IMG/VR virus record: IMGVR_UViG_3300023178_000006
Length of the DNA: 64,000 nt
Reading direction: 5' to 3' (one strand)
Source: a virus
Taxonomy: Duplodnaviria > Caudoviricetes
Within the stretch, counting starts at the first letter, position 1, and every line of letters begins with the position of its first letter. The translations under genes were made by a program, and so were the position numbers. The notes beneath the pieces were generated by a model. That model searched no databases. It had not been told where the DNA came from and was given only the letters and a program-made list of their open reading frames with translations. Shown one piece after another: positions 42,803 through 51,080 of the stretch.

Positions 42803-43714
42803 ATGAAAAACTTTAAAGATGTTCTCTCAGAAATCGCCCAACCAAAAAGTGGCGATGAGAAAAAGTTTAAAGACTTACATAAAATAGAATTAATCAAGCA
42901 CCCAGTAGCACCTGATAATCAGTTTACTGGAGAGATTGATGGTGTGGAAAGGAAGGCAAGACCTGCTGACCAAGATGGCGATAAGAATTACGACCCACAT
43001 CTCGATAAGAAAGATAAGCCATTTAAATTACCAAGAGATACAGGTGGTGGTGCATTAAGAAAAGAGAATACTGAAGTTTCTTTTAAAGATTTAATGAACA
43101 AAATCACATCAGAGGAAGACCTTCTTGAAAGTCCCCAAGAAGAAATTCCAATGATGATGAAACAGCTTCATTATATTTGCTATGCTTGTGAAGACTTAAT
43201 GGAATTCTTAGCAACTGACGAAATTGACCCAGAAGAATGGTGGCAAAATAAGTTGGCTCAAGTATTTGGTAACGTTAAATCATTACACGCTTATGCAAAA
43301 GGTAGTGAAAAAGCAGCTGAAGCAGAAAAAGACATTGACCTAGGTAGTGATGATGTTGAAGAACAATATGAAAGTATTGATGAAGAAATAGCAGAACTTC
43401 TTCATGAAGAAAAATGTTCATGTTGTGGAAACGAAATTACTAAAGACGGATGTGGATGCGATGAAGATTGCCCACACTGTGGTGGAAAGGGAAAAGTAGA
43501 TGAAGCAGTCCAAGTTAAACCAATCAGGGCTGGGCAGTTGGTATTAGGTAACAGAAAAAGAGTTTCTGTAAAACCTCAAGATGCAAAGTTATTAGACAAG
43601 ATGTTTAAGACTTTAAGAGATAAAAAGAACAAGGAAGAAATGTACGAACTTTTAATGAGTAATGAAAGAGGGTACAACGAAATATTAGACTTTGCTAAAA
43701 AAGCAGGTATATAA
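42803..43714 (+). CDS. Probable prohead core/internal head protein at the gp67/gp68 position
   Basis: Acidic and charged; lies between gp20 and gp21; EEWWQNKLA motif and a Cys-rich insert. Confidence 0.5.
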   Translation: MKNFKDVLSEIAQPKSGDEKKFKDLHKIELIKHPVAPDNQFTGEIDGVERKARPADQDGDKNYDPHLDKKDKPFKLPRDTGGGALRKENTEVSFKDLMNKITSEEDLLESPQEEIPMMMKQLHYICYACEDLMEFLATDEIDPEEWWQNKLAQVFGNVKSLHAYAKGSEKAAEAEKDIDLGSDDVEEQYESIDEEIAELLHEEKCSCCGNEITKDGCGCDEDCPHCGGKGKVDEAVQVKPIRAGQLVLGNRKRVSVKPQDAKLLDKMFKTLRDKKNKEEMYELLMSNERGYNEILDFAKKAGI

Positions 43715-43953
43715 TGGCATGGGTTTCAGTACCAGGTTCTAATGGAATTTGGGAATATGATAACGCAGCCACAGCATCAGATACTTATTCAGATGCTAAT
43801 GGCACTACAACCGCAGGGGTAAGAACATATACTCCTCCGGGTGGAAATGCTCAATATATCTATGTAAAAGTTAGAAAAGTTGGGGAAACCGCAGAGCGGG
43901 GCGAATTATCAAAGAATTTCTACGATAATCGAAACGCAAACGGTATACCTTAA
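43714..43953 (+). CDS. Hypothetical protein, 79 aa
   Basis: TAATG coupling to the upstream gene. Confidence 0.6.
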   Translation: MAWVSVPGSNGIWEYDNAATASDTYSDANGTTTAGVRTYTPPGGNAQYIYVKVRKVGETAERGELSKNFYDNRNANGIP

Positions 43954-43958
43954 ATGAA

Positions 43959-43966
43959 TATAAATA
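43959..43966 (+). promoter_or_regulatory. T4-type late promoter TATAAATA
   Basis: Exact consensus upstream of gp21. Confidence 0.75.
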
Positions 43967-43992
43967 TTTAAAAGAATTATTAGGGTAGAAAC

Positions 43993-44676
43993 ATGAAATT
44001 AATTACTGAAGTTAACGAAACTTGCGAAGTATTAACCGAAGCTAAAGAGGACGGAAAAAAGTCTTACTTTATCGAAGGTATCTTCATGCAAGGCGACATT
44101 AAAAATCGCAACGGAAGAATTTATCCATGCGACACTTTAGAGAATGAAATGAATCGTTATAACGAGCAATTCATTGAATCTAAAAGAGCGCTTGGTGAAC
44201 TAGGACATCCTGACGGTCCTACGATTAACGGAGACCGTGTTTCTCATTTGATAACTAATATGAAACGCGAAGGTAATGATTTTTACGGTAAAGCAAAAAT
44301 CTTATCAACTCCAATGGGTGAGATTGTCAAAACTTTCATAGACGAGGGAGTTAAAATTGGCGTTTCAACAAGAGGTTTAGGCTCGGTAAAACAATTGAAG
44401 GATGGCGTTATGGAAGTTCAAAAAGATTTCCATTTAGCGACAGTGGACATTGTAACTGACCCTTCAGCTCCTAATGCTTTTGTAAATGGTATTATGGAGA
44501 ATAGAGAGTATTACTACGACATCGCTTCTGCGTCTTGGAGAGCTCAGGAAGTAACTGAGGTAATCGAAGAGATTGTTGAAGAAGTTGAGAAAAAAATCAA
44601 CCGAGTGGTACGTAAAATTGATGAAGAAACGGCAGCAAGAATGTTTAGTACATTCGTTCGTTCTTTGAGAAAATAA
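43993..44676 (+). CDS. gp21: Prohead core protease gp21
   Basis: IEGIFMQ..IKNRNGR.YP, ALGELGHP, G.S.RGLGS, DIV.DPSAPNAFV.GIME. Confidence 0.95.
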   Translation: MKLITEVNETCEVLTEAKEDGKKSYFIEGIFMQGDIKNRNGRIYPCDTLENEMNRYNEQFIESKRALGELGHPDGPTINGDRVSHLITNMKREGNDFYGKAKILSTPMGEIVKTFIDEGVKIGVSTRGLGSVKQLKDGVMEVQKDFHLATVDIVTDPSAPNAFVNGIMENREYYYDIASASWRAQEVTEVIEEIVEEVEKKINRVVRKIDEETAARMFSTFVRSLRK

Positions 44677-44743
44677 CTTTTTAATAAATAATTTGCAGTC
44701 AGATTTAATTTGTACTTAAACAATATTTAAAGGAGAAAACATT

Positions 44744-45736
44744 ATGGCAGACGACAAAAATACATTCGTTGCTGACGACGGTATTTCAACTGTCCCACAA
44801 CCGGCGAAGCCTGAGGGTGGTGAAGGTAATAGAAAGCCTAAAAAAGAAGATAAGCCTAAAGAGGTAGGTGTAAAAACTCCTGGTCAAGAAAAAGCCGGTG
44901 AGAAAGTACCTACAGCTGAAGATGTCGAAGTAGAAGGAACTGAAACAATTGAAGAAACAGAAGAAACTGTGGAAGAAGTTGTAGTAGAATCTTCAATCGC
45001 TTCTATCATCGAAGGTGAAGAACTTTCTGAAGAATTCAAAAACAAAATTGAAGTTGTTTTTGAAGCAGCAGTTAACGAACAGGTCACAGCTCAAGTAGCA
45101 GCTATTAAAGAAGAGCTTGAAACTAAGCTCGAAAGCGAATTAGATGAATCAATCGAAACTCGCATGAAAGACATCGTTGAAAACGTAGACAAGTATCTTG
45201 ACTATGTAGTTGGCGAGTGGATGGAAGAGAACAAGATTGCAGTAGAAGCTGGCATTAAAGTAGAAATGGCAGAATCTCTCATGAATGGTCTTAAAGATTT
45301 ATTCACTGAGCACAATGTATCTATCGACGAAGAAACTTTCGACGTAGTTGCAGAACTTGAAACACAAGTTTCTGATTTAGAAGAAAAATCAAATGCTTTA
45401 GTTAATGAGAATATCGAATTAGCTAAAACTATTTCTTCTATCAAAGCAGAAAAAGTTTTCGAAGAAATGACTGAAGGTCTTTCTGACAATCAGAAAGAAA
45501 GATTTAAAGTCCTTTCAGAAAAACTAGATGTTGAAGATTTAGAGTCTTATACTGAAAATCTTCAAGTAATCAAGGAATCTTTCTTTAGTGAAGGCAAAGT
45601 TGCCACACCTAAAGTAGAAGAAGTCGAAGAAGACGAAATTATTCTAGAAGAACAGGAAGTTAAAAAACCAGCTTCTGATTACGCTTCTGTAAATGCTCTT
45701 GTTGAAGCACTCGATGCGAGAAAAAAGAATAATTAA
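44744..45736 (+). CDS. gp22: Prohead core scaffold protein gp22
   Basis: LSEEFK.K...FEAAV, VD.YL.YVV.EW.EEN..A.E.GI..E..ES...GLK.LF.EH; acidic coiled coil. Confidence 0.9.
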   Translation: MADDKNTFVADDGISTVPQPAKPEGGEGNRKPKKEDKPKEVGVKTPGQEKAGEKVPTAEDVEVEGTETIEETEETVEEVVVESSIASIIEGEELSEEFKNKIEVVFEAAVNEQVTAQVAAIKEELETKLESELDESIETRMKDIVENVDKYLDYVVGEWMEENKIAVEAGIKVEMAESLMNGLKDLFTEHNVSIDEETFDVVAELETQVSDLEEKSNALVNENIELAKTISSIKAEKVFEEMTEGLSDNQKERFKVLSEKLDVEDLESYTENLQVIKESFFSEGKVATPKVEEVEEDEIILEEQEVKKPASDYASVNALVEALDARKKNN

Positions 45737-45753
45737 TTAAAAATTGGTTTTAT

Positions 45754-45761
45754 TATAAATA
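45754..45761 (+). promoter_or_regulatory. T4-type late promoter TATAAATA
   Basis: Exact consensus upstream of gp23. Confidence 0.8.
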
Positions 45762-45794
45762 AAATTTACGTTAATTAAAAATAGGAGAGACATT

Positions 45795-47123
45795 ATGTCA
45801 AACTATCAACAACTCGTGGAAAAGTGGGAGCCAATTTTAGAGCACGACTCTTTTTCACCAATTAGCGATCAACATAGGAAAGCAGTAACAGCTACTATCC
45901 TAGAGAACACAGAAAGAGCACTTTCTGAAACAGGTGACTTGTCTGCAAACATGACAAGCCTTCTTTCAGAAGCACCTACCAACGATGCTGGTACAGGTGG
46001 TTTCTCTGCAAGTGTATCTCCAGGAAATGCAGCAGCTGGTCCAACAGCTGGTTATGACCCTATCTTGATTTCATTAGTACGTAGAGCTATTCCTAACCTA
46101 ATCGCTTACGATATCTGTGGTGTTCAGCCAATGACTGGCCCAACAGGTTTAATCTTCGCGATGAGAGCACGTTACGGTTCTCAAGGTGGTGCGGAAGCTT
46201 TATATGCTGAAGCCGATACCGACTTTGGTGGTACTGGTACACACGCAAATACTTTGCCAAACGCTAATACAACGCTTATTACAACTGGTACAGGTATGGA
46301 CACAGCAGCGGCTGAAGCTTTAGGCGACGGTCAAGGTACAAACTTCGCAGAAATGGCATTCTCTATTGAGAAAGTTACTGTTGCTGCTAAGACACGTGCT
46401 TTAAAAGCTGAATACACAACTGAACTTGCTCAAGACTTAAGAGCAGTCCACGGCCTAGACGCTGAAACAGAATTGGCTAACATTCTTCAATCTGAAATCT
46501 TAACAGAAATCAACCGTGAAGTTGTTAGAACAATCTACAAAACAGCTGAAGTAGGTGGTGACAATACTGCTGCTTCTGGAGTATTCGACTTAGACGTTGA
46601 TGCAAACGGAAGATGGTCAGTTGAGAAGTTCAAAGGCTTAATGTTCCAAATCGAACAAGAAGCTAACGCTATCGCAAAAGGAACTCGTAGAGGGAAAGGT
46701 AACATCGTTATTTGTTCTTCAGACGTAGCTTCTGCATTGCAAATGGCTGGTGTATTGGATTACGCTCCTGCCTTAAACTCTAACTCTTTAGAAGTTGATG
46801 ACACAGGTAATACTTTTGCTGGTGTTCTTAACGGAAGATTCAGAGTATACGTTGACCCATTCGCAGGCGGCAACTACTTAGTAGTTGGTTATAAGGGTTC
46901 ATCTGCATTTGATGCAGGTTTATTCTACTGCCCATACGTTCCTTTACAAATGGTTCGTGCGGTTGGTGAGAACAGCTTCCAACCAAAAATTGGATTCAAG
47001 ACTCGTTACGGAATGGTTGCAAACCCATTCGCTGAAGGTGACGTTTCTAACCAAGGTTTGGGTGCTCTTACTCAAGACGTCAACAAGTACTACAGAAAAA
47101 TTAGAGTCACAAACTTATTCTAA
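45795..47123 (+). CDS. gp23: Major capsid protein gp23
   Basis: L.EKW.PIL, LISLVRR..PNLIAYDICGVQPMTGPTGLIFAMR, YTTELAQDLRAVHGLDAE.EL, FQPKIGFKTRYG. Confidence 0.98.
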   Translation: MSNYQQLVEKWEPILEHDSFSPISDQHRKAVTATILENTERALSETGDLSANMTSLLSEAPTNDAGTGGFSASVSPGNAAAGPTAGYDPILISLVRRAIPNLIAYDICGVQPMTGPTGLIFAMRARYGSQGGAEALYAEADTDFGGTGTHANTLPNANTTLITTGTGMDTAAAEALGDGQGTNFAEMAFSIEKVTVAAKTRALKAEYTTELAQDLRAVHGLDAETELANILQSEILTEINREVVRTIYKTAEVGGDNTAASGVFDLDVDANGRWSVEKFKGLMFQIEQEANAIAKGTRRGKGNIVICSSDVASALQMAGVLDYAPALNSNSLEVDDTGNTFAGVLNGRFRVYVDPFAGGNYLVVGYKGSSAFDAGLFYCPYVPLQMVRAVGENSFQPKIGFKTRYGMVANPFAEGDVSNQGLGALTQDVNKYYRKIRVTNLF

Positions 47124-47172
47124 TTTTAAGTACTCCATAAAAATAAGAGTAGCATTCAGCTACCGAATTTTA

Positions 47173-47202
47173 AAGGGTCTCTTTCAGGGACCCTTTTTTT
47201 TA
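47173..47202. terminator. Bidirectional rho-independent terminator after gp23
   Basis: AAGGGTCTCT-ttc-AGGGACCCTT hairpin with a T-tract on + and an A-run on the other side; sits at a convergent gene boundary. Confidence 0.8.
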
Positions 47203-47433
47203 CTTTGTTTTATGCTTATCGAAATACGAACGAATCAGGAAGATTCGTGTATAAGCTACGACTGTCATTACACAAGTCACTAGCGTTCCCAGCGTGAGTG
47301 GGTCTGTGATTCCAAACTTATCAATAAAGATATACAATAAAGACAAGTTCAATGGATAGTTGATAAGAAGACCGGTTGCAACTTGAGTGCCGGTTTCTTT
47401 ATGAATTCGTTTTGTTCTTGTAGATAATTTCAT
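47200..47433 (-). CDS. Small two-TM membrane protein (GtrA-like pattern), 77 aa
   Basis: The ATG at 47433 starts just after the tRNA CCA end (the ORF-track start 47475 lies inside the tRNA). KET..QV.TGL.IN.PL...T.V.YTRI..IR..F. Confidence 0.55.
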   Translation of the reverse strand: MKLSTRTKRIHKETGTQVATGLLINYPLNLSLLYIFIDKFGITDPLTLGTLVTCVMTVVAYTRIFLIRSYFDKHKTK

Positions 47434-47440
47434 AATAAAT

Positions 47441-47515
47441 TGGTAGCCCGTAGGAGAATCGAACTCCTGTTGCATGGATGAAAACCATGTGTCCTAACCA
47501 CTAGACGAACGGGCC
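47441..47515 (-). tRNA. tRNA-Glu (anticodon TTC) with encoded CCA
   Basis: GGCCCGT acceptor strand, CATGG-TT-TTC-AT-CCATG anticodon arm, CAGGAG-TTCGATT-CTCCT T-arm, ACGGGCT-A-CCA end; 75 nt. Confidence 0.95.
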
Positions 47516-47764
47516 GGATAAAAAAACGGCAATCCTTCCATATACGCCTATCAAAGGTATGTCAAGGATTGCCTAGGTATTGAATTTCAGTGTCACAATC
47601 GTCATTTGGTCTTACTGCCGGACTACCGGGCCCGTCGACTAAACGGGGATTTCAAACTACCTTAAAATCAAAATTTGGGGGGATGGATTTGTGTTAACGT
47701 AATTCGTTAAATAGTGTAGAATTGTTAATCGTAAATCCTGTCCCTACCCCGAGCTCGAAGCCCC

Positions 47765-48290
47765 TATTATTGAAACTGGTATAAAATCGCAGGTACGTCT
47801 CTCAGACTAACATGGTACTCGTTAATCCCAGTCTCGGTTGGTACCTAAGTACCATCTCTGCCTAAAGGGAATAAAGCCTGGACCGCCGTCCTGTGTCCCT
47901 CGGTTTCCTTGCGGGGAATTTGAGGTTCTTCCTTTTCCATTGCGGACCTTCCGAGGGTCTAGTACTTCATCTTGTGTTTCCGCACCTCTTTGGTCTCTAC
48001 AGTATCGAGCGTTTCTTCATACATGGAGACGCTTTCCCACCTGCTCTAATGATTTTGTTGTCACCCGTATAATTACGTACTTTCCAGTACTGGCCTTCTC
48101 ATTACTCTAACCTATCCTAGCTTGCAATCTTTGGACTCGGTTAGTTTCAGCTGCCAGTCGGGCGACTTTACTTCCTACACTTAAGACCTTCACGTTTGGT
48201 AAGAACGTCCATCAATCTAATTCTCTTCGCCGAATGTGACCACTATTTCAGACACTTTCCCTTTCCGGCGGGGAGTATTCCGTCATTATG
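47765..48290 (-). ncRNA. Candidate large structured non-coding RNA of about 520 nt, possibly extending to about 47520
   Basis: Has its own perfect sigma70 promoter and no credible ORF on the sense strand; GC-richer than its flanks; many hairpins and a long-range helix (see findings). Confidence 0.65.
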
Positions 48291-48296
48291 TTAGAT

Positions 48297-48325
48297 ATTA
48301 TACCACAGCTTTTTGAAATTGTCAA
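48297..48325 (-). promoter_or_regulatory. Early sigma70-type promoter driving the ncRNA/tRNA transcript
   Basis: Minus strand TTGACA (48325-48320), 17 nt, TGG-TATAAT (48302-48297); A-tract UP region. Confidence 0.85.
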
Positions 48326-48363
48326 CTGTTTTTTGCAAAAAAGTTGCACTTTTTTTCAAGAGC

Positions 48364-48579
48364 TTATTTTGAGTTTACGAACTCATTCAGTTCAGAAGCT
48401 ACAGAAATGATATCCTGTGCTGAAACTGAGGTTGTAGGTAATGATTTCTTATCATCAGGGTGATTGTCGTTATGATTATACGTAGCGTCAATCTTCCTTT
48501 GTAAGTTATCGTATAGTATGGATTGAGCCATACTGAGTAGGTCGGCACGTATCTCGTACCCAGATTTTCCGTTTGACAT
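48364..48579 (-). CDS. Hypothetical protein, 71 aa (YEIR.DLL.MA family)
   Basis: GGAGG RBS; K..YEIR..LL.MA...II..A.EL..FV pattern common in T4-like phages. Confidence 0.7.
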   Translation of the reverse strand: MSNGKSGYEIRADLLSMAQSILYDNLQRKIDATYNHNDNHPDDKKSLPTTSVSAQDIISVASELNEFVNSK

Positions 48580-48616
48580 AATTTCCTCCTTGTGTGTATG
48601 TGTGTTTATGTCTTTA

Positions 48617-48925
48617 TTAAACTGTTAGGTATTCGTTAATTCTCCTAACAGTGTCTATTTCAGTTTGTGGATTATTCCACATCCTGTTTCTTGGACTTGG
48701 ATGCGGTATCTTTAAATGAGACACCTCATTCTTATCCAACCAAGTAGAAGCGATATTTCCTAAAGCAATAACTTTATCATATCGTTTTACTAAGTTAATG
48801 TCATCGTATGAGCGGTTAGTCCAATCAAATTGCCTACCTACCCACTTGATAACTCTGTTCTTTGTTGGTGATTTTTCTGGTGTTGTTTTACCAGGCGCTT
48901 CACCTACTATAATCAAAGATTCCAT
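48617..48925 (-). CDS. Minimal uracil-DNA-glycosylase-superfamily-like protein
   Basis: IIVGEAPG, VIALG..A and IPHPSPRNR motifs of UDG-fold proteins; only 102 aa. Confidence 0.55.
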   Translation of the reverse strand: MESLIIVGEAPGKTTPEKSPTKNRVIKWVGRQFDWTNRSYDDINLVKRYDKVIALGNIASTWLDKNEVSHLKIPHPSPRNRMWNNPQTEIDTVRRINEYLTV

Positions 48926-49089
48926 TATATACTTATACGTTCCATTGCAGTTCTATAACCATTTTTACGAACTCCACTTTCAAACATAATTGCTTCTTTC
49001 ATGAATGTGAATACGTATTCCGCTTTGAGTACGTCATCAGCATCTTTAACGATTACTTTAAATGCATTTTCTTTCTTATTCTTCTTCAT
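48925..49089 (-). CDS. Hypothetical protein, 54 aa
   Basis: ATG at 49089 after GAGGA, coupled to the FkbM stop; the ORF-track start at 49227 overlaps FkbM. Confidence 0.45.
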   Translation of the reverse strand: MKKNKKENAFKVIVKDADDVLKAEYVFTFMKEAIMFESGVRKNGYRTAMERISI

Positions 49090-49819
49090 TATCTTTCCTC
49101 GTGATGTATAACAACCAATAAGAATGACTTGGTCTAGCATTCTTGAGTAGATGGTCTTGCCACATGAACAATCCATCAACCTCTCCAAACTGACTTCGTG
49201 TACGTACCTCGTGACGAGGTGAATCAACGAAGTGATTCAAAAAGTTATCTCTAAAATGAAAGAAGTCCTTTAAACCACCAGGTGTTGCTTGAGTATGAAC
49301 TTCAACCACCATGTGCTTAACATTGTTGAGCATATAATCAAGGTTCTCTTCTGTAAATACATCGTATTCAGCACCTTCAATATCTGCTTTAAGGTAGTCA
49401 ATATAATCTATATCATACCTTTCAACGAGTTGTTTAAAAGAAATCTTATCGATATCTTCATTAGTTGTTTCATCATGAATAGTTTTGTATACACCATCAG
49501 CAGAACCAATAATTGCATTAATAGGAAATACAATAGGGTCTGGTTCGTTCATCATAAACTCAGATACATTATCAATAGCGCATTTGAGTAGGTGTCTGTT
49601 ACCTTCAACCATGTAAACTTTAGATGCACCACCATCACATGCTAGTGCTGAGAACATACCAACACAAGCACCAAGGTCAACTACTACATCACCAGGTTGT
49701 ACTTTATACCACCATTCATATTCTTTTTCTTGAAAGAATTCAGTATAAAAAACTGATATCATCTCAGATACCAGTCCGCCCATATTCATAACTTGATTGA
49801 GCGCCTTTTTTCTAATCAT
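49076..49819 (-). CDS. FkbM-family SAM-dependent methyltransferase
   Basis: VQPGDVVVDLGACVG.F, IDYLKADIEGAEYDV. Confidence 0.85.
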   Translation of the reverse strand: MIRKKALNQVMNMGGLVSEMISVFYTEFFQEKEYEWWYKVQPGDVVVDLGACVGMFSALACDGGASKVYMVEGNRHLLKCAIDNVSEFMMNEPDPIVFPINAIIGSADGVYKTIHDETTNEDIDKISFKQLVERYDIDYIDYLKADIEGAEYDVFTEENLDYMLNNVKHMVVEVHTQATPGGLKDFFHFRDNFLNHFVDSPRHEVRTRSQFGEVDGLFMWQDHLLKNARPSHSYWLLYITRKDNEEE

Positions 49820-49822
49820 AAC

Positions 49823-50005
49823 CTAAAGCTCGTTATATTTTACGATTTCCTGGTCGTCACCAAACCCTTTAGTTTTTAGATAACCATCAGCAATAAGCGA
49901 ATCAATCACTAATGTGACCATACGCTTTCGGTTTGCTTGTAAACCCCAAATATATCCAATAACAGTAAATACAATCGCTGTAAACCAGAATTGTTCCATT
50001 GACAT
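49823..50005 (-). CDS. Small single-TM protein
   Basis: N-terminal hydrophobic helix; tightly packed with its neighbours. Confidence 0.6.
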   Translation of the reverse strand: MSMEQFWFTAIVFTVIGYIWGLQANRKRMVTLVIDSLIADGYLKTKGFGDDQEIVKYNEL

Positions 50006-50008
50006 ACT

Positions 50009-50248
50009 TTAATCTCCGTGTCGTTGCAAAACTTTTTCGATAATGCGTTGAGTAGCATCGAGTTTTTCGAATTCTTTATCTTCTTTATCTTCATTAACAG
50101 CAATGAATCCTTCTTGAATTGCCATTTCATAAAGCGCATCTCTATTCTCTACAAACAAAGTTTCAACAACTTTACGTAAGAATAAATCCTTACTTATTTT
50201 GCCTTCGTTTACTTCGGACAATAATTCTTCGACCAAATTATCGAGCAT
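50009..50248 (-). CDS. Hypothetical protein, 79 aa
   Basis: AAGGAG RBS. Confidence 0.65.
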   Translation of the reverse strand: MLDNLVEELLSEVNEGKISKDLFLRKVVETLFVENRDALYEMAIQEGFIAVNEDKEDKEFEKLDATQRIIEKVLQRHGD

Positions 50249-50287
50249 AGGTTTCTCCTTGATTTAGTTATAGTATAATTATAAAAG

Positions 50288-50854
50288 TTACGCACTCGCA
50301 CCTTGATAACCTTGCCACCAATCAGGAGCTGGTCTACGCCATTCCCATTTAGCAAAAGGTTTGGATGCATGATAGTAATTCCTATAAGCTTCCACAGCAT
50401 TTCCCTCAACTTTACATTCAGGAAAATGATTCATCGCCTGAGCGAATTCTGTTAGTCCTATGTCTGGTATATTCTTTGGTGGTTTAGATAATAGTACACC
50501 AAGTTTTAACCAGGTTGCGTGAGCTTTCCCACGTCGATATTCAAATTCGTTGGCCAACCCACGAAAATGTTCGTAGTGCCATTCATAGTTTGTCTTACTT
50601 TCTTTTGTCCAAGTTGTGCATGGGTGAAATTTATGTACAGCCAAATAGTACATGTCATCACGCTCATCACCGAATGAATAATATTGTTGTATTGTTTTAC
50701 CAGACTTAGAAGGTCGTCTTTCAGGTGTACCATCAAGGAGTCGGTGAACCGTTGACAACATTTGAGCAGACTCAATAATCATTTTAGGAACGTGTCTGTC
50801 ACAACACATTTGAGCTGCTGTTATAGGATTCTCATCTAGTACAAATATATTCAT
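50288..50854 (-). CDS. Pyrimidine-dimer DNA glycosylase (endonuclease V/DenV-superfamily-like)
   Basis: MNIF.LD..P..AA...CD.HV.KMI.ESAQMLST, HP...W, F.QAM, AYR.YY motifs. Confidence 0.75.
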   Translation of the reverse strand: MNIFVLDENPITAAQMCCDRHVPKMIIESAQMLSTVHRLLDGTPERRPSKSGKTIQQYYSFGDERDDMYYLAVHKFHPCTTWTKESKTNYEWHYEHFRGLANEFEYRRGKAHATWLKLGVLLSKPPKNIPDIGLTEFAQAMNHFPECKVEGNAVEAYRNYYHASKPFAKWEWRRPAPDWWQGYQGASA

Positions 50855-51069
50855 TCTTCAATATTGGCTAAGTGTTCATGCAATTCGTTAAGTTCAATAG
50901 AGAGCTTACGAATCTTTTCTTTATCTTGGTAGTATGCTTGTCCATCAGCATACGGTAAAAACTCATTTAGAGTTTCAATTTTATTTTGTCGCCAAGCAAT
51001 TGCTTCTTCGATAGATTTTTTCGATACAATTTCATCGGCATCTACAACTGGTGCTAAAACGCGGTGCAT
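50851..51069 (-). CDS. Hypothetical coiled-coil protein, 72 aa
   Basis: AAGGAG RBS; overlaps the next start. Confidence 0.6.
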   Translation of the reverse strand: MHRVLAPVVDADEIVSKKSIEEAIAWRQNKIETLNEFLPYADGQAYYQDKEKIRKLSIELNELHEHLANIEE

Positions 51070-51080
51070 TTGATTTCTCC

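Noticed and set aside
37037-47123. Introns, inteins or homing endonucleases in gp17/18/20/23
   Set aside because: All ORFs are contiguous and of normal T4-like length, with no intein or HNH/GIY-YIG motifs.
47540-47572. Possible internal promoter for the tRNA (TTGACA inside the long stem)
   Set aside because: The -10 match at 17-bp spacing is poor (TATGGA).
47676-47765. tmRNA or a second tRNA (GGGG start, CCA end, nearby UUCGA)
   Set aside because: No T-arm adjacent to the CCA end, no cloverleaf and no tag reading frame; kept only as an unclassified RNA finding.
47838-48110. 90-aa + strand ORF in the non-coding region
   Set aside because: It has a TTG start, no RBS and atypical composition, and is antisense to a promoter-driven structured region.
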